64,000 nt of DNA from positions 1,312,001 through 1,376,000 of the forward strand of contig CBDDFZ010000002.1 in the NCBI GenBank assembly GCA_965227515.1, written 5' to 3'. The position numbers were made by a program, and so were the translations under genes. Shown here one piece after another: positions 28,651 through 38,153 of the stretch (within the stretch, counting starts at the first letter, position 1; the number at the start of each line of letters is the position of its first letter). Origin of the DNA: Alphaproteobacteria bacterium. GTDB lineage: Bacteria; Pseudomonadota; Alphaproteobacteria; CALKHQ01. The notes beneath the pieces are model-generated. The model worked only from the letters and a program-made list of their open reading frames with translations. It was not told where the DNA came from and ran no database searches.

Positions 28651-29754
28651 TTAGCTGCGGTGCAGCACGCCGGCGATGGCACGCTCTATGGCCCAGTGCG
28701 CGCGGGCGCTTGCGGCGGCCCGCCAGCGCGGGTCGTCGGGGGCGAATGCCCACAGCATACGCGTCTTCACCGCCGCCGCGGCGGGGCTGTCCATGTTGGC
28801 ATCCGCCGCGCCGCTGAGGTGAAGCCAGGCATCGGCGCGCAGCGCGTTCAGCACCGAAAACAGCCTCCGCGTGCCGAACTCCAGCGCCACGCCGGTGACC
28901 TGTGTGTCGCCGGCCGCCGCCGCGATCCCGTCCAGCATGTCGCCGGTGATCCTGGACGAGGCGCTGTCGCCGACCGCGGTGGAACGCACCTCGCCGCCAT
29001 ACCAGGCCTGCGCGCGCGCCAGTTCGGGCGACCCCGCCGGCGCGGCCGAGATCAGTTCGCCATAGCCGTAAGGGCCGAGCCCGGTGTGGAGGTCGATCAC
29101 CGCGAGTCGCGCGGTCTTGGCGGTCAGGTCGCCGACCAGCCGTTCGACCAGCCGGCGCGACCATGTCGGCGCCGTGCCGCCGTAGAACAGGCCGTCAGCG
29201 TGCGCGTACTGCCCGCCGGTGATCGCGTCCTTCACGCCGGAAACCCCCAGCCTCGCGGCGCTGGCGAGCAGGCGACATTCCGCCCCGATCCGCCGCCAGC
29301 CGCGCCAGTTGCGCGGCGCGACGGCATCGGCAATGCGGTCGTAGGCGGCATTCCGGGGCGCGTCTTGGTGGTCGATGAAGTTGCGATTGAGGTCGACATT
29401 GTCCTCGTTCACCCGCCGCAGCCACGCCAGGCCATAGGGGTTGATGCCGTGGATGCACGTCACGCGGATATGCGCCGGCAGAGGCTGGTCGGGCAGGCTG
29501 TCCAGCCAGTCGCTCAGCATCGCCGAGCCGGCGACACCCTCCGCGCCGTGGGTGCCGGCTACGATCAGCACCGCGCGGTCGGTGTCCGACGGGCCCAGGT
29601 GCGCCACATCGGTGACCAGCGAAGTGTCGCACGGGCCGGACACCGGATTTGTGTGGGCCTCGATCTCGGCGCCGGCGACCTGCGCACGGCGGCGGAACAG
29701 GCGGCGCCTGTCTTCGAATGCGCGCGCCAGGCGCTCGGTCAACGCGGTGGGCAT
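28651..29754 (-). CDS. DUF2817 / M14-like zinc carboxypeptidase family protein
   Basis: GTHGAEG (HxxE), INPYG, RRVNEDNVDLNRNF, IDLHTGLG, LEFGT. Confidence 0.85.
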   Translation of the reverse strand: MPTALTERLARAFEDRRRLFRRRAQVAGAEIEAHTNPVSGPCDTSLVTDVAHLGPSDTDRAVLIVAGTHGAEGVAGSAMLSDWLDSLPDQPLPAHIRVTCIHGINPYGLAWLRRVNEDNVDLNRNFIDHQDAPRNAAYDRIADAVAPRNWRGWRRIGAECRLLASAARLGVSGVKDAITGGQYAHADGLFYGGTAPTWSRRLVERLVGDLTAKTARLAVIDLHTGLGPYGYGELISAAPAGSPELARAQAWYGGEVRSTAVGDSASSRITGDMLDGIAAAAGDTQVTGVALEFGTRRLFSVLNALRADAWLHLSGAADANMDSPAAAAVKTRMLWAFAPDDPRWRAAASARAHWAIERAIAGVLHRS

Positions 29755-29841
29755 GGGCCCTCGACGGGGTTGGATTCGGTGCCGGTCAGGATCAATTTTC
29801 CCGTTTCGAATGAAACCAACTTGACAAAATTTGCAACAGCC

Positions 29842-29855
29842 TGAAAAGTTTTTCA
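29842..29855. promoter_or_regulatory. LacI-type operator-like palindrome in the divergent promoter region
   Basis: TGAAAA-GT-TTTTCA, 15 bp downstream of TTGACA at 29821-29826. Confidence 0.45.
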
Positions 29856-29969
29856 CAGGCGTCTTTCAAAAACAGGTCGGCGCGCAGGGTGGGACGGCCC
29901 ACTCGGCGTGACTGGCCATCGGCGCTTGTCAACTAGACGATTGCCTGTGCAATCGGGGAGGAAGCAACG

Positions 29970-31496
29970 ATGTTCAACGTTCCGAAAAACCCGCTCTACA
30001 AGCGCGTCGACCGCCGCAAGTTCATGGAACTGGGTGGCGGGGCCGCGACCATGCTGGGCGCGGGCTCGATTGCGGTCGGCCTGAACTCGGTCATCACACG
30101 CCGGCCCGTGTACGCGCAGTCGTCCGACGACGCGAAGTGGCGCCAGTACGAAGGCTCCAAGCTGGTCTTCATGTCGGAGAACACGCCGCCGTCGTTCGCC
30201 ATTCGCGACACCATCCAGGCGTTCTATGACCTGACCGGCATCGAGGTCGAGATCCTGACCGACGACCTGCCGGTGGTGCAGCAGAAAGTGGGCATCGACC
30301 TGCAGAGCGGCGCGTCCGACTTCCATCTGAACTACGTGCAGGACAAGCCGATCGGGTCGCCGTTCGCCGACTTCTACGCCGACCTCAACCAATGGCTGGA
30401 CGATGACACGCTGCCGCAGGACCCCGAGGGTTACGCCGAGGACGTCTGGTTCGAGAACTTCCTGAAGGCATGCGGCTGGTTCTACGACGAATCGCGCCTG
30501 GTGGCCTTCCCCTACGACGCGGCCGTGGCCTGCACCTTCTAACGTCAGGACCTGTTCGAGCAGTACAGCCAGCAGTTTGAGGGCGAGTACGGCTATTCCC
30601 TGGAATTCACCAACGACACGACCTGGAAGAACGTCACCGACTTCGCACAGTTCTTCAAGGCGCTGCGCGACAGCGGCGAGGATGTGCCGTACGGCTACGC
30701 GCAGCACCAGGGCTCGTTCGCGTGGACGACCCAGCTCGACATCCAGCGCATGCTGTTCGCGCATGGCCGCTGGAACGACTTCGACATCGACGACAAGCTC
30801 GGCTCGAAGGACCCCGGCCCGACCAACTGGGGCGACGAGCAGTCGATCAAGGTGATGGAGGCGTACAAGGCCCAGGCCGACGCCAGCCACCCGGACAACC
30901 TGGCCAACGGCACCCTGGAGCTGAACACGGTCTACCAGGCCGGCCAGATCGCCATGCAGGTGCAGTATCACGAGTTCGCCGCGTCCATCGAGGACGAGTC
31001 GACCTCGGTCGCGGCCGGTGGCAAGACGGCGTACGCCGCGTGCCCGAAGGGTGCGGCGGAGTACCTGGTCGGCGACGGCGAGCTGGTCAATGGCTGCAAC
31101 TGCGGCATCGGCGGCATCGGCGTCAACGGCAATGCGTCGGAAGACCTGCAGCGCGCGGCCTACATCTTCGCGATCTGGGCGACCTCGGCCAACATTCAGT
31201 ACGACGTGCTGAAGGGCCTGGGCGGTACGCCGACCCGCAAGTCGGTGCTGGAGCGTGACGACGTGGTCGCGGCCCGCAATCGCCCGACCGACATGCCGAA
31301 CGCGCTGACGTTCGAGCCGGTGTACGACTACGGCATTCGCGACCCGCACTTCGTGCTGGGTCCGAAGATCCCGGAGGCGAACGAGTACCACATCATCGTG
31401 GCCTCGGGCTGCCAGTCGTGTGTCGCCGGCGAAGCGACGCCGGAAGAGGCGTGCCAGGACATCCAGGAGCGCCTGGACGATCTGCACGACGTCTGA
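29970..31496 (+). pseudogene. Tat-exported sugar-family solute-binding protein interrupted by one in-frame TAA (30540-30542)
   Basis: ORFs 29970..30542 and 30684..31496 share a frame with no other stop; reads ACTF*RQDLF; DRRKFM Tat motif; could be a sequencing error. Confidence 0.8.
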
Positions 31497-31517
31497 TTGA
31501 CACCACCCTTGTGTGGC

Positions 31518-31547
31518 GCGGGCCCGGCGCGAGCGTGCCGGGCCCGC
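31518..31547 (+). terminator. Intercistronic stem-loop after the binding-protein gene
   Basis: gcgggcccggc-N8-gccgggcccgc perfect 11-bp stem, no U-tract. Confidence 0.5.
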
Positions 31548-31597
31548 ACGCTTCCTGCCAGTACGCTTGCTGCCCACGGGCTTACTAAACGAGCACG

Positions 31598-32626
31598 ATG
31601 ACCGACACTACGCTTACCCACGGCGTTTCAGAAGCGCGTGAGCCCGCGGGCTCCCACGACGCGACCGCAGGCGACGACGTCGTCGAGCGCGGCGCGCGGC
31701 GCATCGACTATCAGCCGCCATCGCTGAACAAGCCGTGGTCGCAGCGCTACTACCTCTACATGATGCTGCCGGCCATCATCCTGCTCGCCTGCATCACGCT
31801 CTACCCGTTCTTCTGGCTCGTCTACATGAGCCTGCACGAAATCCCCGTCGCGCCCAACGCCGAGGCGGAGTGGAACGACTTCAACAACTACACGCGCCTG
31901 TTCCGCCGCTGGGACGGCGACTACCTGATGGGCTGGTGGCTGCTGATCAAGTACTCCGCCATGTGCCTGGTGCTGGAGGTCGGCATCGGCGTCTTCCTGG
32001 CCGTCATCCTGAACAACACCCGGGCGGAAAAGTACCTGGTCACCATCTTCCTGATGCCGATGATGATGGCGCCGGTGATCGCCGGCACGGTCTGGTACTA
32101 CCTCTTCAATGGCACCTTCGGCTGGTACCACTGGCTGTTCGAGAGCCTGGGCATCCTGGACGGGACGTCGATCCTGGGCAGCGCCGACACCGCGATGTTC
32201 GGCATCGTCATTGTCGACGTGTGGCAGTGGACGCCGCTGATCACGCTGATCGTGCTGGCGGGCATGAAGCGGGTGCCGCAGGACCAGTCGGAGGCCAACA
32301 TGGTCGACGGCGCGGGTCCGCTGCGCAACTTCTTCTCGATCACGCTGCCCAACCTCTACCCGTTCCTGCTGATCGCGATCCTGCTCCGGTTCATGGACAA
32401 CTTCCGGTTCATCGACGCGATCATCGTGATGACCGGGCCGGGGCCGGCCGACAGCACCAAGATTCTGCCGATCTATCTGTTCGAGCAGTCCTTCATATCG
32501 TTCAAGTTGGGGCGCGGCGCCGCGATCGCCTTCACGCTTCTACTCGTCACCATCATTCTGGGGCTGATCCTGGTGAAGGTGTTCGAGGATCCGAAGCAGA
32601 AGTCCGAACGCGAGAGCGGGGCGTAG
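31598..32626 (+). CDS. CUT1 ABC permease (MalF-like)
   Basis: DVWQWTP, EANMVDGA, about 6 TM segments. Confidence 0.92.
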   Translation: MTDTTLTHGVSEAREPAGSHDATAGDDVVERGARRIDYQPPSLNKPWSQRYYLYMMLPAIILLACITLYPFFWLVYMSLHEIPVAPNAEAEWNDFNNYTRLFRRWDGDYLMGWWLLIKYSAMCLVLEVGIGVFLAVILNNTRAEKYLVTIFLMPMMMAPVIAGTVWYYLFNGTFGWYHWLFESLGILDGTSILGSADTAMFGIVIVDVWQWTPLITLIVLAGMKRVPQDQSEANMVDGAGPLRNFFSITLPNLYPFLLIAILLRFMDNFRFIDAIIVMTGPGPADSTKILPIYLFEQSFISFKLGRGAAIAFTLLLVTIILGLILVKVFEDPKQKSERESGA

Positions 32627-32632
32627 ACGGCC

Positions 32633-33514
32633 ATGGCATCGCGCGACATCGTTCAATACCGCTCGCCGGGACGCACGGCGTTCAAGGTGTTCACCGTCAT
32701 CTTCCTCACCGCCTTCGTGGTGTGGTCGCTGCTGCCCCTGTTCATCATGTTCGTGTCCTCGATCAAGGACCTGCTGGAGGCATTCCAGTTGCCGCGCGTC
32801 GGCGACTGGGGCGACGCGCTGCCGACGTTCTTCAACTTCACGCCGACATTCGCGCACTACGAGAACCTGTTCGTCGACCAGGACTTCGGCGTCTACCTTG
32901 TTAATTCGCTGGTGGCGGCGCTGGGCTCCGCGGCGATCTCGGTCACCCTCGGCGCGATGGCGGCTTACGCGCTCAGCCGGTGGGACTTCCGCGGCAAGAA
33001 GGACCTGTCGTTCTGGATCATCTCCACCCGCATGGCGCCAGTGGTGGCCGTGCTGGTGCCGCTGTTCTCCATCTTCCGCAGCCTGGACCTTGTCGGCACG
33101 CTGCCGGGTCTGATCCTGGCCTACACCACGTTCAACCTGCCGTTCGCGATCTGGATCCTGAAGGGGTTCTTCGACAACGTGCCCTACGCGGTGGAGGAGG
33201 CGGCGATGTGCGACGGGTGCAGCCGGCTGCGCGCCTTCGTCGCCATCCTGCCGCTGGCGGCACCTGGCATCGGCGCGTTCCTGGTGCTGTGCGTGCTGTT
33301 CGCCTGGAACGACTTCCTGTTCGCCTCGATCATCGGGTCGGGCAACGCCAAGACGCTGCCGGTCGCAACGCGCGGCCTGGTGCAACCGCAGAACATCCAA
33401 TGGGGCTCGATCATGGCGGCCGGCGTGGTGACAACGCTGCCCATGCTGCTGCTGGGCCTTCTGATCCGCCGCTATCTGGTGGCCGGACTGACCATGGGCG
33501 CGGTCCGTGAGTAG
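32633..33514 (+). CDS. CUT1 ABC permease (MalG-like)
   Basis: VEEAAMCDG, AWNDFLFA, GLTMGAV end. Confidence 0.92.
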   Translation: MASRDIVQYRSPGRTAFKVFTVIFLTAFVVWSLLPLFIMFVSSIKDLLEAFQLPRVGDWGDALPTFFNFTPTFAHYENLFVDQDFGVYLVNSLVAALGSAAISVTLGAMAAYALSRWDFRGKKDLSFWIISTRMAPVVAVLVPLFSIFRSLDLVGTLPGLILAYTTFNLPFAIWILKGFFDNVPYAVEEAAMCDGCSRLRAFVAILPLAAPGIGAFLVLCVLFAWNDFLFASIIGSGNAKTLPVATRGLVQPQNIQWGSIMAAGVVTTLPMLLLGLLIRRYLVAGLTMGAVRE

Positions 33515-33549
33515 CCGGACAACGCGCACAGGCACGAGAGCGATACGCA

Positions 33550-34647
33550 ATGGCTGAAATCAGGATCGAAAACGTCTGGAAGCTGTACGGCAAGACCGAG
33601 GCGGTGAAGGACCTCAACCTCGTTTGCGCCGATGGCGAGTTCCTGTCGGTCCTGGGGCCGTCCGGCTGCGGCAAGTCGTCGACGCTGCGCATGCTGGCGG
33701 GCCTGGAGCACATCTCCGCCGGCGACGTCTATTTCGGCGACACGCGGGTCAACGACCTGCCGCCGAAGGACCGCGACATCGCGATGGTGTTCGAGAACTA
33801 CGCGCTCTATCCGCACAAGACGGTCTACAACAACATTGCCAACGCCCTGAAGCTGCGCAGGATGAGCCAGTCGGAGATCGACAGCCGCGTGCAGCAGGCC
33901 GCCAAGATGCTGGAGATCGGGCATCTGCTGAACCGGCGCCCGATGGAGCTGTCGGGCGGCCAGAAGCAGCGGGTGGCCATCGGCCGGGCGATCGTGCGCG
34001 AGCCGAAGCTGTTCCTGTTCGATGAGCCGATCGCCCACCTGGACGCCAAGCTGCGCGCACATATGCGCGGCGAACTGAAGTACATGCAGCGCCGCCTGGG
34101 TACGTCGATGGTCTATGTCACCCACGATCAGCTCGAGGCCTTGTCGATGGCCGACAAGATCGCGGTGATGCACGAGGGCGTGCTGCAGCAGTTCGGCACC
34201 CCGGACGAGATCTACAACCACCCGACCAATGAGTGGGTGGCCGGGTTCGTCGGCGAGCCGCCGATGAACTTCCTGGATTGCGGTCTGGAGCGTGTCGACG
34301 GCTGCCTGCACATGACCCATCCGTCGTTCAGGCTGCCGCTGACCGACGAGCAGGAAAAGACGATGGAAGGCGCCGGCGATATCTCGGCCGTGCGCATGGG
34401 CGTGCGCCCCGACGACGTTGCGATCGCCATGCAGCCGGAGGGCAACCGCAGCGCCCAGGCGTCGATCTTCGTGACCGAGCCGATCGGTGGCGACACCCTG
34501 GTCGATACTCAGTTCGGCGATGGCGCGCGCATGCTGGTCAAGACGCGCGCCGGTTTCGCCGGCGCGATCGGCGACCCGTGCCACCTGACCATCAACACCG
34601 CGCGCTGGCATGCTTTTTCCGCCACCAGCGGCGAGGCGTATTTTTGA
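33550..34647 (+). CDS. CUT1 ABC ATP-binding protein
   Basis: GPSGCGKSS, LSGGQKQRV, DEPIAHLD, VTHDQ (all canonical). Confidence 0.93.
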   Translation: MAEIRIENVWKLYGKTEAVKDLNLVCADGEFLSVLGPSGCGKSSTLRMLAGLEHISAGDVYFGDTRVNDLPPKDRDIAMVFENYALYPHKTVYNNIANALKLRRMSQSEIDSRVQQAAKMLEIGHLLNRRPMELSGGQKQRVAIGRAIVREPKLFLFDEPIAHLDAKLRAHMRGELKYMQRRLGTSMVYVTHDQLEALSMADKIAVMHEGVLQQFGTPDEIYNHPTNEWVAGFVGEPPMNFLDCGLERVDGCLHMTHPSFRLPLTDEQEKTMEGAGDISAVRMGVRPDDVAIAMQPEGNRSAQASIFVTEPIGGDTLVDTQFGDGARMLVKTRAGFAGAIGDPCHLTINTARWHAFSATSGEAYF

Positions 34648-34794
34648 TACCGGCTGCGAACCGAGCGCTCTTGCGGCGGCAAGGCGCTCGGATAGACTGA
34701 CGGAAACTGCCCGCGGCGGGCCCGCCCAGCCGCACCGAATACCGTTGCCCATTGGCAAATCGTTGCCCAAAGACACCGATAGGGGAGAGCGCCC

Positions 34795-35769
34795 ATGTTG
34801 CAATTGAACCGGGACGAGCTGATCCAGGCCTATACCCGAATGAAGACCATCCGCGACTTCGAGGAGCGGCTGCACGTCGAGTTCGGCAATGGCGAGATTC
34901 CGGGTTTCGTCCACCTCTATGCCGGCGAGGAAGCCAGCGGTGTCGGCATGTGCCAGCACCTGAAGGAAGAGATCGACTACATCGCCAGCACCCACCGCGG
35001 CCACGGCCACTGCATCGCCAAGGGCTGCGACGTGAATGGGATGATGCGCGAGATCTTCGGCAAGTCGGGCGGTCTTTGCAACGGCAAGGGCGGCTCCATG
35101 CACATCGCCGATCTTGAGAAGGGCATGATGGGTGCGAACGGCATCGTCGGTGGCGGCCCGCCGCTGATCTGCGGTGCGGCGCTGTCGGCCAAGACGCTCG
35201 GCACGGGCGGCGTTGCGGTGGCGTTCGTCGGCGATGGCGGCTCCAATCAGGGCACGACCTTTGAGGCGATGAACCTGGCGACGGTCTGGAAGCTGCCGGC
35301 GATCTTCGTGTTCGAGAACAACGGCTATGCCGAGGCGACGCCGTCCACATGGTCGGTCGGTTGCGGCGACATCGTCGAGCGGGCCAAGGGCTTCGGCATG
35401 CCGGGCGTGCAGGTCAATGGCTTCGACTTCTTCGAGGTGCACGAGGCAGCCGGCGAGGCGGTGGAGCGCGCGCGCAACGGCGAGGGTCCGACCCTGATGG
35501 AGGTCAAGCTGACCCGTTTCTTCGGCCACTTCGAAGGCGACGCGATGACCTATCGCGGCAAGGGCGAGGTCGAAAAGCTGCGCGCGGAGAAGGACTGCCT
35601 CCAGATCTTCCGCAAGCGGGTGACCGAAACCGGTCTGCTGGAGGCCAAGGTGATGGACGACATCGATGCCGAGGTCGCCAAGCTGATCGAGGATTCGGTG
35701 GTCGACGCCAAGTCGGCGCCGTATCCGGACGACGCGGAGCTGATGACCGACGTCTACATCTCCTATTAG
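34795..35769 (+). CDS. acoA: Acetoin dehydrogenase E1 alpha (TPP-dependent)
   Basis: IPGFVHLYAGEEA, STHRGHGHCIAKG, GDGGSNQG TPP motif, GHFEGD. Confidence 0.92.
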   Translation: MLQLNRDELIQAYTRMKTIRDFEERLHVEFGNGEIPGFVHLYAGEEASGVGMCQHLKEEIDYIASTHRGHGHCIAKGCDVNGMMREIFGKSGGLCNGKGGSMHIADLEKGMMGANGIVGGGPPLICGAALSAKTLGTGGVAVAFVGDGGSNQGTTFEAMNLATVWKLPAIFVFENNGYAEATPSTWSVGCGDIVERAKGFGMPGVQVNGFDFFEVHEAAGEAVERARNGEGPTLMEVKLTRFFGHFEGDAMTYRGKGEVEKLRAEKDCLQIFRKRVTETGLLEAKVMDDIDAEVAKLIEDSVVDAKSAPYPDDAELMTDVYISY

Positions 35770-35874
35770 TCCCGGCCGCGCGGCGGGACGTGCCCGCCGC
35801 CAGCACCGGCCATCTTTCAACGGTCCCGCGAGACCGATGGCAGACATGCCAATTGCGAATTCAGGAGTACAGTC

Positions 35875-36891
35875 ATGGCAAGATCATTGTCGTTCCGTGG
35901 CGCGATCAACGAGGCGCTGGCCCAGGAGATGGAGCGCGACCAGCGCGTCATTCTGATGGGCGAGGACATTTCCGGCGGCACCGAAGCGCCGGGTGAGCAG
36001 GATGCCTGGGGCGGCCCGCTGGGTGTGACCAAGGGCCTGCATCCGAAGTTCGGCCCGACCCGCGTGCTCGACACGCCGATCAGTGAATCGGCATTCGTCG
36101 GTGCCGCGGTCGGAGCCGCCACCTCGGGCCTGCGCCCGGTCGCCGAGCTGATGTTCGTTGACTTCATGGGGGTCTGCTTCGACCAGATCTTCAACCAGGC
36201 CGCCAAGTTCCGGTATATGTTCGGCGGCAAGGCGACCACGCCGGTGGTCATCCGCTGCATGATCGGCGCCGGTTTCCGTGCCGCCGCCCAGCACTCGCAG
36301 TGCCTGTATCCGCTGTTCACCCACATTCCGGGCCTGAAGTGCATCGTGCCCTCGTCGCCGTACGAGGCGAAGGGCCTGCTGACCGCCGCGATCCGCGACG
36401 ACGACCCGGTGATGTTCTTCGAGCACAAGCTGCTCTACGACGTTGAGGAGGACGTGCCGGAGGACCCCTACACGATCCCGCTCGGCGAGGCGAACGTGGT
36501 GCGCGACGGCAGCGACGTGACCATCGTGACCCTCGGCCGCATGGTCGGCCTGGCGAAAGAGGCGGCGGACGCCTGCGCCAAGGACGGCATCGAGTGCGAG
36601 GTGATCGACCTGCGCACCACCTCGCCGCTGGACGAGGACACCATCCTGGAGAGCGTGGAGAACACGGGCCGCCTGGTGGTGGTGGACGAGGCGCACCCGC
36701 GCTGCAACATCGCGACCGACGTTTCCGCCCTGGTGGCGCAAGAGGCGTTCGACGCGCTGGAAGCGCCGATCAAGATGGTCTCGGCGCCGCACGTGCCGGT
36801 GCCGTTCTCGCCGGCGCTGGAGGATCTCTACATCCCCAGTTCCGACACCATCGCGAGCGCCGTGCGCTCGGTGGCCGGCAAGGGCAACTAG
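35875..36891 (+). CDS. acoB: Acetoin dehydrogenase E1 beta
   Basis: DAWGG..GVTKGL, DTPISE, FDQIFNQAAKFRYMFGGKA, AAQHSQ. Confidence 0.92.
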   Translation: MARSLSFRGAINEALAQEMERDQRVILMGEDISGGTEAPGEQDAWGGPLGVTKGLHPKFGPTRVLDTPISESAFVGAAVGAATSGLRPVAELMFVDFMGVCFDQIFNQAAKFRYMFGGKATTPVVIRCMIGAGFRAAAQHSQCLYPLFTHIPGLKCIVPSSPYEAKGLLTAAIRDDDPVMFFEHKLLYDVEEDVPEDPYTIPLGEANVVRDGSDVTIVTLGRMVGLAKEAADACAKDGIECEVIDLRTTSPLDEDTILESVENTGRLVVVDEAHPRCNIATDVSALVAQEAFDALEAPIKMVSAPHVPVPFSPALEDLYIPSSDTIASAVRSVAGKGN

Positions 36892-36908
36892 GCCAGCCTA
36901 GGTACACG

Positions 36909-36934
36909 CCGGAGGCGGGACTGGCCGCCTCCGG
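36909..36934 (+). terminator. Stem-loop between acoB and acoC
   Basis: ccggaggcgg-N6-ccgcctccgg 10-bp stem. Confidence 0.4.
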
Positions 36935-37005
36935 TCATGACTTGACAGCAGATTGACTGGCGGCCACGGGCCGCGAGCCGCTTTCGTGCGGCAAGGAGGG
37001 ACACG

Positions 37006-38121
37006 ATGAGCGACGCGATCCAAGCAGTGGTGATGCCGAAGTGGGGCCTGGCGATGCAGGAAGGCGTCCTGACCGAGTGGCATATCGCGGAAGGTGACAG
37101 CATCAGCCCGGGCCAGGAAATCTGCGAGATCGAAACCAGCAAGATCGCCAACGCCATGGAGGCGACGATCAAGGGCACCGTGCAGCGGCTGGTGGCCGAG
37201 CCCGGCAAAACCCTGCCGGTCGGCGCGCTGCTGGCTGTGGTGGTCGACGGGTCCGCCGATGACGGCGATATCGACGCCTTCGTCGCCAAGTTCGAGGAAG
37301 AGTTCGCCGAGATGATGGCGGCGGCCGAGGCCGCGGCGCCGAAGGCGGCCAGCGTGGAGATCGACGGCCGCAAGATCAACTATCTGCAGATGGGCCAGGA
37401 AGGTGTGCCGGTGGTGTTCATCCACGGCTATGGCGGCGACCTGAACAACTGGATGTTCAACCAGCCCGAGCTGGTGGAGAAGGCGCAGACCTATGCGCTG
37501 GACCTGCCGGGCCACGGCGCGTCGTCGAAGGACGTCGGCGACGGCTCAATGGCGATGATGGTGGCGACGGTGAAGGGCTTCCTAGAAGCGCTCGACCTGA
37601 CCGGCGCGCATCTGGTCGGCCACTCCATGGGCGGAGCCGTGGCCATCGGCGTCGCGGCGGAGGCGGGCGACCGCGTGGCCTCGCTGACCCTGGTCAGCCC
37701 GGCCGGCCTCGGGTCCGACATCAACATGGACTACATCAACGGCTTCATCGGCGCCGCGCGCCGCAAGGACATGAAGCCGGTGCTGTCCATGCTGTTCGCC
37801 GACGCTGACCTGGTCAGCCGCGACATGGTCAACGAGGTGCTGAAGTTCAAGCGCCTGGACGGCGTGGAGGCGGCGCTGACCGCCATTCGCGACAGCATCT
37901 TCGCCGGCGGCGCCCAGGCCGACCAGGTGCGCGACAAGCTGGAGGGCCTGTCGATCCCGGTCACCATCATCTGGGGCGCGGAGGACAAGATCCTGCCGCC
38001 AAGCCACGCCGATGGCATCGGCGGCTCGGCGAAGGTCGACAAGAAGCCGAACGTCGGCCACATGGCGCACATGGAAGTCGCCTCCGACGTCACCAAGGCG
38101 ATCGAGGCGCAACTGGGGTAG
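37006..38121 (+). CDS. acoC: Acetoin dehydrogenase E2 (lipoyl domain plus alpha/beta-hydrolase-type acetyltransferase)
   Basis: MPKWGL, lipoyl ETSKI, GHSMGG, FKRLDGV, GHM. Confidence 0.92.
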   Translation: MSDAIQAVVMPKWGLAMQEGVLTEWHIAEGDSISPGQEICEIETSKIANAMEATIKGTVQRLVAEPGKTLPVGALLAVVVDGSADDGDIDAFVAKFEEEFAEMMAAAEAAAPKAASVEIDGRKINYLQMGQEGVPVVFIHGYGGDLNNWMFNQPELVEKAQTYALDLPGHGASSKDVGDGSMAMMVATVKGFLEALDLTGAHLVGHSMGGAVAIGVAAEAGDRVASLTLVSPAGLGSDINMDYINGFIGAARRKDMKPVLSMLFADADLVSRDMVNEVLKFKRLDGVEAALTAIRDSIFAGGAQADQVRDKLEGLSIPVTIIWGAEDKILPPSHADGIGGSAKVDKKPNVGHMAHMEVASDVTKAIEAQLG

Positions 38122-38153
38122 GGCGGCGGGCGCAGGTAGCCCGCAGTTGGTAG

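Noticed and set aside
30540-30542. Selenocysteine, pyrrolysine or alternative-code readthrough
   Set aside because: The codon is TAA, not TGA or TAG; the expected residue is Tyr; TAA ends other genes in this window.
34752-34766. Sigma54 promoter for acoA (TTGGCAAATCGTTGC)
   Set aside because: Spacing is GG-N9-GC, not the required N10.
33472-35847. 791-aa minus-strand ORF and similar long Arg/Ala-rich ORFs elsewhere
   Set aside because: Shadows of real genes (ABC ATPase, acoA) with no domain signal.
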